Origin: the human T2T-CHM13v2.0 reference genome, Homo sapiens
Length of the DNA: 64,000 nucleotides
Assembly (NCBI RefSeq): GCF_009914755.1
Contig: NC_060925.1
Reading direction: 5' to 3' (one strand)
The number at the start of each line of letters is the position of its first letter. Within the stretch, counting starts at the first letter, position 1. Below the pieces are notes generated by a model. It searched no databases and was not told the DNA's origin. It saw only the letters and a list, made by a program, of their open reading frames with translations. The position numbers and the translations under genes were made by a program. Shown here piece after piece: positions 25,638 to 48,955 of the stretch.

Positions 25638-26720
25638 TCAGCAATCAGAGAGGTCTAGATCTCTGGAATCTGGCCACGGAGTGATTTTCCCATCAGCCTC
25701 TGTCTCCGTGACTGAGGATCTTGGGGCTTCTTCTTTTGCCTCTGACCCAAGGCCCCTCACACACTTCTTCCAGTGAGCCAGGCAGTGATGGGCAGAGGAG
25801 CGGATCTCTCCACTCCGTAGAGCATAGATGACAGGGTTGACCATGGAGTTGATGAGGCACAGCATGGAGCAGAAGGCAAAGGCCTTCTTGACCTGGTCAC
25901 TGAGCGTAGTGGCCAGGCTGTGGGCCATGAGGGCCAGCACTGGGAACCAACAGATGAGGAGCACAGCCAGCACTAGCCCTAGGGTCTTGGCCAACCTCAC
26001 ATCCAGCCTCATTCGGGCCATTCCTGGCACCTGCCTGTCCTGGTGGCCAGACAAGCTGGCTACATGCTGATGGGCCTTCCAGAGAACATGCCCATAGGTG
26101 TAGATGATTCCGGAAAAGAGGAAGGCGATGAACAGGAGCCAGCTCAGCAGGTAGTCATTGGGGATCAGTGGGAAAAGCTCAGAGCAGGGCCTGGGACAGC
26201 AAGTCCATCCCATGAGGGGCAGGTAGGAGACTAGTGCTGAGAGGACCCACATGATACCCAGGGTCACCAGTGCCCTTCCACGGGTGAGCAGAGCTTTGTA
26301 GGAAGGTGGATAGCGCAGGCAGAGGTATCGGTCAATGGCGGTCAGCAGGAGGCTACCCACAGAGGCTGTGAAGGTCATAGTCACGCTGCCAATCTTCAGC
26401 AGGAAGACAGCCTTGGAATCCACACCATGGAAAACATGGAAATTCACAAAGCTGCATGCAAAGACCACACTGGCCAGGAAGTCAGCCCCAGCCAAGCTGC
26501 CAATGAACAGGTATGAGGGCTTCCGGCGGAGCCGGTGGGAGGACAGGATCAGATAGAGCACAGCCACGTTCTCCAGGGCACTTAGCAGGCCCAGAAGAGT
26601 GCACAACACAGCAACAGCTGTCTTCTGGGGACCACTCAGGATCATGTAATCCTTCATAGGGTTGGAATCCAAGCCATCCTTGGAGCCATTGGCTATCTCT
26701 GTCACCCAGCATTCCTCCAT
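25638..26720 (-). CDS. CNR2: Cannabinoid receptor 2 (CB2), class A GPCR, 360 aa, intronless CDS
   Basis: MEECWVTEIANGSKDG... with seven hydrophobic helices and DRY, CWFP and NPVIY motifs; matches human CB2 with R63 and H316. Confidence 0.99.
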   Translation of the reverse strand: MEECWVTEIANGSKDGLDSNPMKDYMILSGPQKTAVAVLCTLLGLLSALENVAVLYLILSSHRLRRKPSYLFIGSLAGADFLASVVFACSFVNFHVFHGVDSKAVFLLKIGSVTMTFTASVGSLLLTAIDRYLCLRYPPSYKALLTRGRALVTLGIMWVLSALVSYLPLMGWTCCPRPCSELFPLIPNDYLLSWLLFIAFLFSGIIYTYGHVLWKAHQHVASLSGHQDRQVPGMARMRLDVRLAKTLGLVLAVLLICWFPVLALMAHSLATTLSDQVKKAFAFCSMLCLINSMVNPVIYALRSGEIRSSAHHCLAHWKKCVRGLGSEAKEEAPRSSVTETEADGKITPWPDSRDLDLSDC

Positions 26721-26765
26721 GGGGTGGGCCCTTCAGATTCCACTGAGCTTGTCTAGAAGGCTTTG
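26721..26765 (-). other. CNR2: 5'-UTR part of the CNR2 coding exon, with splice acceptor at 26765
   Basis: Minus strand TTCTTCTTCTCATTGTACTGCAG|CAAAGCC...CCCCATG; 45 nt of UTR, with an in-frame TGA at -15. Confidence 0.85.
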
Positions 26766-27296
26766 CTGCAGTACAATGAGAAGAAGAAAATAATCTTTTT
26801 CAGTAAGCACAAGAATGACCTCACCTGATAACTGACTGTAGCCAAAACTGCTACCTGTATGGATGGATTCTATGTGGGAAAATCAGTTTCTGTTTTGTTT
26901 GCCTGTATTTTGCCCTTTCTCCATCCAAGCGGGAAGCCAGATCTGTCCTGGCTGCCTCAGGGGAGGTACGTGGGAATGCAACAAGCAGAAGTGACTTGTG
27001 AGATTTTTGGCCTTCCATTTTCCAAAAGACTAATCCTAAGACTTCCTTTTGAAGCAAGGGAAATCCCAAAAGGTCAAAACCAAGAGGAAATCAAAACCAA
27101 GAAGAAATGGAATCTAGAGTGATAAGGTTGAGGGTTTTTTTGTTTGTTTTACATTTTGTTTTGTTAATTTGCCAATTTCGGCAAGTAAAGTACTGAAGTT
27201 TTAACAACTATTTGGGGATGGGATTTATGAATTTGGCTTAACATCAAGTGATGGGAAGAGAAAGTACAGAAGATTAAACAATTTATTTTATTTTAA

Positions 27297-27536
<240 letters not shown>

Positions 27537-27754
27537 TGATCTGAGGTGATCCACCCACCTCAGCCTCCTAAAGTGCTGGAATTACAGGCATGAGCCACTG
27601 CGCCTGGCCAAAACATTTTATACTAGATAAAATATAGGAGTCCAGTTAAATTTGAATGTTGGCTGGGCACGGTGGTTCACGCCTGTAATCCCAACACTTG
27701 GGGAGGCTAAGGAAGGCGGATCATGAGGTCAGGAGATCGAGAACATCCTGGTTA

Positions 27755-27992
<238 letters not shown>

Positions 27993-28199
27993 TCACAAAT
28001 ATTGAAGAAAAAACCCTCAGGAACCTATATATTGTATGGTTTATTATTAGACATTATTAGAAAGCAAACTAAACATTTATTTGGAGCGATTCACTTTCTA
28101 AACAGGTTGTATAGGAATACCACATATAAAGGCCCGTGAAATTTGGGTTCACAATGCAAAATGCATAAGGAAACATGAGCAAGAGTCAGCAGAAACGTC

Positions 28200-30523
<2,324 letters not shown>

Positions 30524-30854
30524 CTAAGCAACATGGTGAAACCCATCTCTACAAGACATAAAAATTTAGCCAGGCGTGGTGACATATGCCTGTATTCCCA
30601 TTTACCTGGGAGGCTGAGGTCAAAGGATTACTTCAGCCCAGGTAGTCCAGTGTGCAGTGATCTACGATTGTGCCACCACACTCCAGTGTGGGTGACAGAA
30701 TGAGACCTTGTTTCAAACAAAAACAAAAACAAAGTAGAAATAAAATTGTGAATGACAAAAATGCAAGACAAGAAAGAGATGAATAGAGTTAAAGCTTTAT
30801 CTAGGAAGTGGGTAAAGACATTGATTAATTTTAGGCTTAAAAAAAAAACCAGGC

Positions 30855-31280
30855 ATCATCTCTTATCTGGTTTATTGCAATAGCTTCCTAACTGGGCCCC
30901 CTGCTTTTAATCAGGCCCATTTCTAATCTAGTTTCAACATAGCAGTCAGGGTGATCCTTTAAAAATATAGGATCTTGTCATTTCTCTGTCCCAAACCCTG
31001 CATAGCTCCCTAGTCCACTATGTAAAAGCCAAAGTCCTTAGTGTTATGGTCCCTTCTACCATGATTCCCTTGGTGACCCAGCTTTAGCCACATTGGCTTC
31101 TTAATCAGTCTTCTCTTCAGCCACAGGTCCTTTGCACTGGCTGTTCCCTTTTCCTGGATCACCTTTCCCTCAACATTTACTTGGCTTGCTCTCACCTTGT
31201 TTAAGTCTTTGCCCAGATCTTACTTTTTCAATGACACCTACCCTGACTACCCCATGTAATACCCTAACTCATCCCAACTT
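30855..31280 (+). mobile_element. L2 fragment
   Basis: TTATTGCAATAGCTTCCTAACTGG...AGCAGTCAGGGTGATCCTTT...AAAAGCCAAAGTCCTTA...CCTTTGCACTGGCTGTTCCCT. Confidence 0.6.
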
Positions 31281-31333
31281 CCAACTCTTTTTTTTTTTTT
31301 TTTTTTGAGACGGAGTCTCACTCTGTCACCTAG

Positions 31334-31468
<135 letters not shown>

Positions 31469-31695
31469 TAGTAGAGACGGGGTTTCGCCGTGTTAGTCAG
31501 GCTGGTCTTGATCTGACCTCGTGATCTGCCCGCCTTAGCCTCCCAAAGTGCTGGGATTACAGGCATGAGCCACTGCACCTAGCCCAACCTCCAGCTCTTT
31601 TGCTTCTCTTTACACTGACCTCGTCTTTATTTTTTCCATACCACTATCACCTTCTAATATATAAAATGTATTATTTTTAGTTTTTATTTTTTTGA

Positions 31696-31800
<105 letters not shown>

Positions 31801-32089
31801 TGAGTAGCTGGGATTACAGGTGCCTGCCACCAGGCAGGGCTTTTTTTAATATATATATTTTTAGTAGAGATGGCGTTTCACCATGTTGGCCAGGCTGGTC
31901 TCAAACTCCTGACCTCACGTAAAGTGCTGGGATCACAGATGTGAGCCACCACACCCAGCCTATAGTTTATATATGTAATTTAAATATAAATTAACATATT
32001 ACATATAATTTAAATATAATTATAAATATAAATTAATATAAAATGATCTGTTGTATAAAATTGTATTCTGACCACATAAAATTTATTTA

Positions 32090-32485
<396 letters not shown>

Positions 32486-33033
32486 TCACATGAGGCCAGG
32501 AGTTTGAGACCAGCCTGTCTCTAATAAACCCCATCTCTACTAAAAATACAAAAATTAACCAGGCCTGGTGGTGCACACCTGTAATCCCAGCTACTGAGGT
32601 GGTTGAGGCAGGAGAATCGTTTGAACCTAGGAGGCGGAGGCTGCAATGAGCATCACTACACTCCAGCCTGGGCGACAGAGTGAAACCCTGTCTCAAAAAA
32701 AGAAAAAAAAAATTGCTAGGCCGGGCATGGTGGCTCACACCTGTAATCCCAGCCCTTTGGAGGCCGAGGCGGGCGGATCACCTGAGGTAGGGAGTTCGAG
32801 ATCAGCCTGACCAACGTGAAGAAACCTCGTCTCTACTAAAAATACAAAAAATTAGCCGGGCATGGTGGTGCCTGCCTGTGATTCCAGCTAGTCGGGAGGC
32901 TGAGGCAGGAGAATCGCTTGAACTTGGGAAGGCGGAGGTTGCGGTGAGCCAAGATCGTGCCATTGCACTCCAGCCTGGGCAACGAGAGCGAAATTTTGTC
33001 TTTAAAAAAAAAAATTACTAACAAAGTTCATAG

Positions 33034-33348
<315 letters not shown>

Positions 33349-33365
33349 TAAAAACACACTTCGGG

Positions 33366-33463
33366 ATCCCTTCGTAGTTCATAAGCGTGATGACTGGTTT
33401 TCATGCTCAAGTGTGAGATGTTCCTCAAACCTATGATGACATTGTCACGTTACCAGTCTGATG
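33366..33463 (+). ncRNA. Retroposed U13 (SNORD13-like) box C/D snoRNA copy, probably a pseudogene
   Basis: ATCCCTTCGTAGTTCATAAGCGTGATGACTGG...GTGTGAGATG...CATTGTCACGTTACCAGTCTGA resembles U13. Box C GTGATGA at 33387-33393, box D CTGA at 33458-33461, A-tail 33468-33481, TSD A(A/G)ACACACTT on both sides. Confidence 0.85.
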
Positions 33464-33489
33464 TGTGAAAAAAGAAAAAAAGACACACT

Positions 33490-35500
<2,011 letters not shown>

Positions 35501-35614
35501 TAGTGATTATTTTTCCTCAAAACATTAAATATTAAAACACTAAAGTAGTTACAATTGAAAAATTGAAAGTTAAGTGTATTAAAACTTAAAATATTACTTT
35601 ACTATTATTATTTA

Positions 35615-35944
<330 letters not shown>

Positions 35945-36329
35945 TTAAAATAGAGACAGGGTCTTGCTTGTTTGTTGCCCAGAAGGCTGGCCTCAAGCAG
36001 TCCTCCCTCCTCAGTCTCTGAAATTGCTAGTATTACAGGCATGAGCCACCATGCCTGGCCCACAGTATTATTTTATAAAGTATAAAGATATACGTATTTT
36101 TAAAACTTCTTTTAAAATAAAAAGAATATATATACAAATAGATTTTTTCTTTTGAAGACAGGGTGTGGCTGTCGCCTAGGCTGGAGTCCAGTGGTGCAAT
36201 CATAGCTCACTGCAGCCTCGAACTCCTGGCCTCAAGTGATCCTCCTTCCTCGCCATCCCAAAGCTCTGGGATTACAAGTATGAACCACTTGCACCTGGTC
36301 TGATCTAGTTTTTTAAGCATGAGAACTGG

Positions 36330-36515
36330 GCTGTGCTGTAAATGTGGCTTCTCTGAATTGAGATGGGCTATAGGTAGAAAATACACACTGAATTTCAAAG
36401 GTTACGTGAGCAGAAGAATATAAAATATCTCAATTTTTTATATCGATGACAAGTTGAGATGACAATATTTTGGAATATATTGGGTTAAATAAAAATTTGT
36501 TTCACCAGTTTCTTT
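36330..36515. mobile_element. MER33-like hAT fragment
   Basis: AAATGTGGCT...TGAATTGAGATG...AAATACACACTGAATTTCAAAG...AATATAAAATATCTCA...TTGGGTTAAATAAAA. Confidence 0.55.
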
Positions 36516-36538
36516 TTATTTTTATTTTATTTTTTTGA

Positions 36539-36643
<105 letters not shown>

Positions 36644-36836
36644 TGAGTAGCTGGGATTGCAGGCATATACCACCATGCCCGGCTAATTTTTGTATTTTTA
36701 GTACAGACGGGGTTTCACCATGTTGGTCAGGCTGGTCTCGGACTCTTGACCTCAGGTGATCCGCCCACCTCAGCCTCCCAAAGTGCTGGGATTACAGGGG
36801 TGAGCCACCATGCCCAGCCTATTTTAAAATGTTTAG

Positions 36837-37088
<252 letters not shown>

Positions 37089-37631
37089 TAGCCAGGATAG
37101 TCTTGATCTCCTGACCTCGTGATCCACCCGCCTCAGCCTCCCAAAGTGCTGGGATTATAGGCGTGAGCCACCGCACCGGCTGGAAAATTTTTAAATCATC
37201 CACGTGTCTCATAGTTTTGCGGGACATCTGTAGACCCCAGGAGAGCTGCCTGCTGATCAGAACTCATTCCCCAGCCTGGCTCAGCTGGATGCCTCACAGT
37301 TCCCAAACAGTCCTGTTTTCTTGCCTCCACGCCTTTGCACCAGGGGTCCTTTCCCTGGCGCACTTCCCTCCTGACCTTTCCTCTGGGCTCATCTCCTGCC
37401 CAGTGAAGCCTTCCCTGATCCTGCAGTCACATCTGAAGCACCCGGCCCGCTCTGCGTGTGTGGTAACTGGTGCTGCACTGGTCTTTCCCCTCGACTAGAT
37501 CACTAACCACGCTGACCAACATTTGAATGGAATTTAAATTCCACAAAATATTTTTCACAGCCACCATCTAGTTTTGTTGTTGTTGTTGTTTTGAGATAGG
37601 GTCTCCCTCTGTCATCCAGGCTGGAGTGTAG

Positions 37632-37881
<250 letters not shown>

Positions 37882-38004
37882 TAGTTTAATCCCCGCAACT
37901 CTATGATATTAGAGTTATGCTTATTGCTATTTCACAGATAATAAAAGGTCGGCAATGTTAAAGCATTGGGCTGAGGCCACACGGCTGGTCGAGGTCAGAA
38001 CTAA

Positions 38005-38287
<283 letters not shown>

Positions 38288-39034
38288 TGAACTCCTGACC
38301 TCGTGATCCACCCACCTCGGCCTCCCAAAATGCTGGGGTTACAGGCATGAGCCACCATGCCCGGCCTCAAAAACTATTAACTGAGGCTGGGTACAGTGGC
38401 TCACACCAGTAATCACGGAGTTCTGGGAGGTTGAAATGGGAGGATCCCTTGAGCCCGGGAGTTGGAGGCTGCAGTGAGCTATGGTCATGCTACTGCACTC
38501 CAGCCTGGTTGACAGAGAAAGACCACCATCTCTTTAAAAAAAAAAAAAAGCTATTAATTAATGAAATGCACTTGGATGGAAAGGGGCTGTCTTGAATACT
38601 GTAGACCCCAAGTATGAGTGTGAGGGAGATGGGAACAAACCATGTAGGTTTAAATCCTACCCAGTGACCTCTTTCAAAATACCTAATGCCTTGGTCTTCT
38701 CATTTCTCATCTGTAAAATGGGGTTTTCTGAGTATTTAAATAAATTACTATCATACATGGAAGTGTTCATTGTTGCCACTGTTGTGATTATTATTATTCT
38801 TAGGCACATCTTCAAATGGGTTTAGTTCACCTACTCTGTGAGGTTGCTAAGAATGATATGCCTGGGCCGGGCGCGGTGGCTCACACCTGTAATCCCAGCA
38901 CTCTGGGAGACCAAGGCAGGCAGATCACGAGGTCAGGAGTTTGAGACCAGCTCGGCCAACATGGTGAAACACTGTCTCTACTAAAACTACAAAAATTGAC
39001 CAGGCGTGGTGGCGTGCGCCTGTAATCCCAGCTA

Positions 39035-39142
<108 letters not shown>

Positions 39143-39346
39143 CTAGGAAAGAAAAAGGGTGGCGGGGGGGTGGCCAGGCACGGTGGCTCACACCTGTAAT
39201 CCCAGCACTCTGGGAGACCAAGGCAGGCAGATCACGAGGTCAGGAGTTTGAGACCAACCTGGCCAACATGGTGAAACCCCGTCTCTACTAAAAATACAAA
39301 AATTAGCTGGGTGTGGTGGCGCACACCTGTAATCCCAGCTAACTCA

Positions 39347-39445
<99 letters not shown>

Positions 39446-39605
39446 CTATTTCAAAAAAAAAAAAAAAAAAAGAATAATATGCCTGGTGCATTATAAGAGC
39501 TCAATAAATGTCAGTTCTTATTACAACCCAACGACTTTAAAATTTTTAAGAGGATAGGTGCTTCTTGCAATCTGCATAACCCCTGTTTATAAAACAGGTA
39601 GATAT

Positions 39606-40931
<1,326 letters not shown>

Positions 40932-40974
40932 TTTTTCCAGGGTGAAGACTGTGTCTGAACATCCAGCACAGAGA

Positions 40975-41499
40975 TGAAGTAGGAAATTAAGAAAATAACA
41001 GAATAATGGTATAAGTAATAATAGTAAAAATTATAGTAATAGTTAAAAAAGCTCATAAAATAAATTGCTATATTAACCAAGGCTAAAAAAAAATTTAAGT
41101 AGCCCCCCGAAGTTAAAGTTAAAAAAAAAAATTAACCGTCTGTCCCAAGAAACATTAACCATATCTACCCTCCACATATTTTGTAGGCTCCTTAAACTCC
41201 TGTTTCTTTCTCCCCTGCACAGCTGCAAGGTCACAAGACAAATAAGCATAAGCTGCAAACCAAGTTTTCCCAGAGATGTAAGACATGTTGCAAAAGTGTC
41301 ACAACAGCCTTTATTCTTGCTCCTGTAAGCCTGCTTCCTGCTTCACATAATGCCCGCCTCAAAATGCTTAAAGGGGACTCGTTTTCTTTGTCCTGGGCTC
41401 AGACTTTCAGGACACATGTCCACTGAGCCAGTGTACACCTTAAATAGACACTTTCCTGCACTCCGTTCGGTCTCTCTGGTTCCTTAATTTCCCGCAACA
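40975..41499 (+). mobile_element. Solo LTR, ERV1 class (family not certain)
   Basis: TG...CA ends, 4-bp TSD GAGA (40971-40974 and 41500-41503), ~20-bp imperfect terminal inverted repeats (TGAAGTAGGAAATTAAG / CTTAATTTCCCGCAACA), LTR-like 3' part GGGCTCAGACTTT...GGAC...TAAATA. Confidence 0.8.
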
Positions 41500-41893
41500 G
41501 AGACAGACTTAGTGTTTGCCACAGTGAAGAGTGTTCTAGTTCCACCTCCACCATGGCTCATCAGGTGACTTTGGGCAAGTCCCTTCAACATTCTGAGCCC
41601 CTTTTCTTTTCTCATTTGTAAAATGACAGTAACAATACCTGTGCCATTCTCCTTGAGATGCCAAATGGGCTGATGACCTCCATCATAGCTTCTTACCCTG
41701 GGTCCATGGGTAGGCTTGGATGGGAGTATCGGTCCTTTCGAGGCATATTTAAGACTTTATGTCTGTGCATGTTTTGGTTGGGGTAGAAGGATTCACACTT
41801 TTTATCAGTGTGCCAGCAGAGTTCTGAATATTAAGAATCACCGATGCATGCAAAAACATTTTGTGACCTGATGCTGTACAGATGTAAGAGTAA

Positions 41894-42299
<406 letters not shown>

Positions 42300-43847
42300 T
42301 CACCTAACAAAAATACCACTGTTCAGAAACCATATGGCACTTCACACAGGGAGCGTCCATGGTGAGGTTGGTGTTAGGGGCTGCAGCCTAGAGCCTGGTT
42401 CATACTGAGCATCTGGGAAGGGAACCTTGGGACCGGAGAACCTGCTCAGAAAAGGTGTGCCTGGGGGTTTTTCTAACCTGAAGTGAAAGCGTGAAGTGAA
42501 AGAAGCCACAGTAGCGGCTGGCCCCACGTTGCTGCTGGGTTTAAATCTCTCAGAGCTGGAGGTAAGGAGGAGAATGATACCCTGCCTGTGGCTACCACAC
42601 CTACAGTGGGAAGCTGAGATTTGATGCCACAAGCCTCACCGTTTTTATCCCCAACTGGGAGTAGGGAAGCCTAGGTTCTAGTCCTTGTCCTGCTACTGAG
42701 TGACTTTAGGCAGGTCCCTTTTCCTATCTAAGGCCTTTCTTTTCTTTCTTTGATTTCTATTAAAAAAATATAGATAGTGTCTTGCTATATTGCTCAGGCT
42801 GGTCTCAAACTCCTGGCCTCAAGCAGTCCTTCCACCTCAGCCTCCCAAAATGTTGGGATTATAGACATGAGCCACCTTGCCTGACCATCCAGGCCTTTCT
42901 TTTCTCATCTTCAAAGCAGTTGGATTGATGGAGGTGATTCCCAAGGTCTCCTCCAGGAAACTTAGCATGTTGGATCACAATGTCACAGGTTTGGGAACCA
43001 GACCTTCCTGGATTAAAATTCAGCTCTGCAACTTTCAGGATGTGTGACCTTGGGCACCTTACTGCACCTCTCTGAGCCTCTGTTTCATTCACTTGTAAAC
43101 TGGGAGAAATACTATCCATATCACATGATTATACAGATTAATGATACAAGTTTACCAAATTCATGGCACTGTACCTGGTTTACAGTAGGTATCTAATCAA
43201 AGGCAGGAGATGCTTAATAGAGTTAGTTTATAGTGTTCTTACAGGATTCTGTGCCAGGCATGGGGGCTCTGCCTGTAATCCCAGCACTTTGGGAGGCAGA
43301 GACAGGTGGATTACTTGAGCCCAGGAATAGCCTGGCCAACATGGTAAAACCCCATCTCTACAAAAAATACAAAAATTAGCTGGGCATGGTGCATGTATGT
43401 AGTCCCAGCTACTGGGGAGACTGAGGCAGGAGAATCACTTGAGCCCAGGAAGTCACGGCTGCAGTAAGCAGTGATTGTTCCACTGTGCTCTAGCCTGGGC
43501 TACAGAGTGAGACCTTGTCTCAAAAAAAAAAAAAAAAAAAAAGAAAAGAAAAGAAGAAGAAGAAAAGGATTCTGTCCTCCAGCCATGCCTGACCTTCGCC
43601 TGAGAGCCAAGGCAGATAGAACAATCCCTACTTCCTCTCAGCTGACACTTTGCCACCACTGAGGACAAACCACCACATTTTGGAAAACTTGTTCAACCTG
43701 CAAGAATGACCCATCAGAAACAGACCCGCTGGGCGAGGTGGCTCACGCTTATAATCCCAGCACTTTGGGAGGCCGAGGCAGGCAGATCACCTGAGGTCTG
43801 GAGTTTGAGACCAGACTGGCCAACATGGTGAAACCCCATCTCTACTA

Positions 43848-44376
<529 letters not shown>

Positions 44377-44557
44377 TGATCTGCCCACCACAGCCTCCCA
44401 AAGTGTTGAGATTACAGGCGTGAGCCACTGCTCCTGGCTGGCCTCCCTCTGTTCTTTGTAGTCCTTGATTGCAGTTGTAATAAAGTTTTCTGGGATTTGG
44501 GGCTGTAGACTGTGGGGTTTTTTGACCAAATCTTTTGTGTGTGTGTGTGTGAGCCTA

Positions 44558-44907
<350 letters not shown>

Positions 44908-46063
44908 TTATAACTACTTTGATAGCAAAACCCACCTCCTCCAAGAAGCATTCTCTGGTCTCCCTTTATTGAGTCTTACTGCACAGACCACTGTCTACCT
45001 TGTATTATATGTGTCCATTCCACATCTTGCTTCCTAGATTGTGAGCTCCTTGTCTTGTGAGTAATATCTGGGTCTGGGAGTGGAGTCATCTTTGTATCTC
45101 ACTTGCTCAAAAAAGTGTCTCCTAGCACAATGGTATCCCCACAGTAGACTCTTGGTGGAGGTCTTTTGATAGCAGCCAGAGCTGAGCAAAACAGTCTTGG
45201 GGAGATGGAACTCAGCCCAGCCAGGCAAGGCAATTTGATGGCCTCAAGCTCCCACTCCTCAATCCCAAGCCCATGACAGACACTTCTCATCACTCCAAGT
45301 CCTTGTGCCTCCTGAGCCTGACCATATTTCTCACCCTAGTGTTCCTGGCCCGGAGAACCAGACTTGCAGAAAGAGGTTGGAACCACAAGCAGCAGCCCTG
45401 AAGCAGAGTGTGAACTAGAAGGATGGTGCCTGCCCAGGCTCTTGACCTTGTGAACAGGCCACCAGGACAGTCACTCCTAAAATGGGTTTGGCAGGGGAGG
45501 TAGGACAGCACTGGGCAGGGAAGGAACTTAAAATCTCTCTAGTGATATAGGTCCCAGGGGAGGTTTATTGATACAAGGCAAAATATGGAAGCTTTCCTAG
45601 AGGAGAGATGAAAAGGGCTGGCAAAGGAGTTGTTTCCTGAGTCAATTCCTTTAATAAATTCCTCCTGGGGTTTCCAGCACCTCAACTGGCATGAAGCCTG
45701 GCACAAAGTAAGCATCTAAATATTTAAAATGGATTTATAGAATCAATGAATGTCTATTAGGAGAAAAGCAGCCTTCTTCAGACCCACTTCTGTGCTTCTT
45801 TTTCCCTTGGCTGCCAGCAAGCCCAGAGCTCAATGCAGTGTGGAAGTGCAGTCACAGGGCCATTCAAGGTCGGTTCTTGATTTATTTATTGCTCCTTTTA
45901 GTGGTTTCTAATGCCTTTCTTTTATTTTAACTGCCCCAATTTATAATGTAGCCACCTCTACTCTTTTTAAGGAAAGAATGTGTAGGCTGGGGGCGGTGGC
46001 TTATGCTGTAATCCCAGCACTTTGGGAGGCCGAGGCAGGCGGATCATTTGAGATCAGGAGTTA

Positions 46064-46300
<237 letters not shown>

Positions 46301-47340
46301 TTAAGAGCAAAGGATTGTTATTAAGGTCTTCTATCTATAGTTCCTTTCTTAAATGTCTACGGGTTATCAAAGAAACTCAGTCTTCCCTGTGGGGCTGAAG
46401 GATTCCATCCCCAGCCTGCTGTCCACTCACCATTCATCACCCCCACCCAGGCTGTCTGGATTCACTCAGTCTCCCCGGACCTTTCCTGGACCTTCCTTCT
46501 GCATCATCATCTCCAGCATCTCTCCTGGGCAGAGCAGAGCTAAATGATGTCTGAGGCCTTTTTCCACTTTAGTCAAGGTTAAGTGCCAAGGCTTTAGAAG
46601 GAAACATCGCTGAGTTCAAATCTCAGGTCGGCCACTGATAGGCTGTGTGACCTTGGGGAAAGTTACTCAAACTCTCTGAGCTTCAGTTTCTTCCTCTGTG
46701 AATGGGGAAACTAATCCCTATGTTCTGTATGTGCAGATTAAATAATTATTTAAAACTAATTAAGCAGGAGATTGGTTGCCTGATTGAACTATCAAGAGTG
46801 TTGGATGTGGTGGAAAGAAAACGGTCCTGAGTTCGGAATCTCAGGTGCTCAGGGTTTGAGCCCTGGCTCTGGCACCAGCTGGATCTATCCAGAAGCCACC
46901 TACTCTCTCTTGTCCCAGTATTGCCATTTGTAAAGAAGATTGGGGGATAACGATGAGTGCTTGGCACTGTGCTAGCACTTTCTACACATTATCTCATTTA
47001 AATCTCAAAACAACCCTTCAAGAATCTTATTATTTTCCGTATTTTATAGATGAAGAAATTGGGGCTCAGGAATGTTAAGAAACTTTCTGGGGGCTGGGTA
47101 CCGTGGCTCATACCTGTAGTCCCAGCACTTTGGGAGGCTGAGGTGGGCAGATCACTTGAGCCCAGGACTTAGAGACCAGCCCGGGTAACATGAAACTCCA
47201 TCTCTACAAAAAATACAAAAATTAGCTGGGCATGGTGTTGTGTGCCTGTAGTCCCAGCCACTCAGGAAGCTGAGGTGGTGGATTGCTGGAGCCCAGGAGA
47301 GTGAAGCTGCAGTGAGCCGTGATCACACCACTGCACTCTA

Positions 47341-47670
<330 letters not shown>

Positions 47671-48658
47671 TCAAAAAAAATTTTTTTTTTAATAAAAGGA
47701 AGGAAGGAAGGAAGCTAGGAAGGAAGGAAGGAAGGGAGGGAAAGAAAGTTGGCCAGGCACAGTGGCTCACACCTGTAATCCCAGCACTTTGGGAGGCCAA
47801 GATGGTGGAGCACTTGAGGTCAGGAGTTCGAGACCAGCCTGGCCAACACCGTGAAACCCCATCTGTATTATAAAAAAAAAAAAAAAAAAAAAATCAGCCA
47901 GGCAGGAGAATCACTTGAACCTGGGAAGCAGAGGCTGCAGTGAGCCACGATCCTGCCACTGCACTCCACCCTGGGCAACAGAGTGAAATTTTGTTTAAAA
48001 AAAAAGAAAGAAAGAAAGAAAGAAAAAGAAACTTGCTGGGGACATTGGGAATCCACTCTCTTGACCATTTATTTGAAAACTAGGATCCCATCCAGTTGCT
48101 TTGCATTCTCCCCTCCCATCTCCAAACAAATACTTGGTAAATTAACTGACTAATTAGAAATCTGCAACACTGCCGGGCATGGTGGCTCACACCTCTAATC
48201 CTAGCACTTTGGGAGGCTGAGGCGGGCGGATCACCTGAGGTCAGGAGTTTGAGACCAGCCTGGCCAACATGGCAAAACCCCATCTCTACTAAAAATACAA
48301 AAAAATTAACCAGGCATGGTGGCGTGTGCCTATAATCCCAGCTACTTGGAGGCTGAGGCAGGAGAATCGCTTGAACCCAGGAGGTGGAGGTTGCAGTGAT
48401 CCAAGGTCACGCCACTGTCTCCAGCCTGGGTGACAGAGCAAAACTCAGAAAAAAAAAGAAAAGAAATCTGCCAACAGGACAGTTTTGTTGAGTCTTTCCA
48501 AATATCTTCTTCCTCTTTCAATTATTTTATAATTCAGCAACTTCTCTTTTAGAGAATGTACTAATAATGCTTACAGTCATAACATACTTGACAATTTACA
48601 CAGCCTGGGAAGGCTCACGGCTATTATGTGAGGCAGGTTTTGCTCAACTATTCCATGA

Positions 48659-48955
<297 letters not shown>

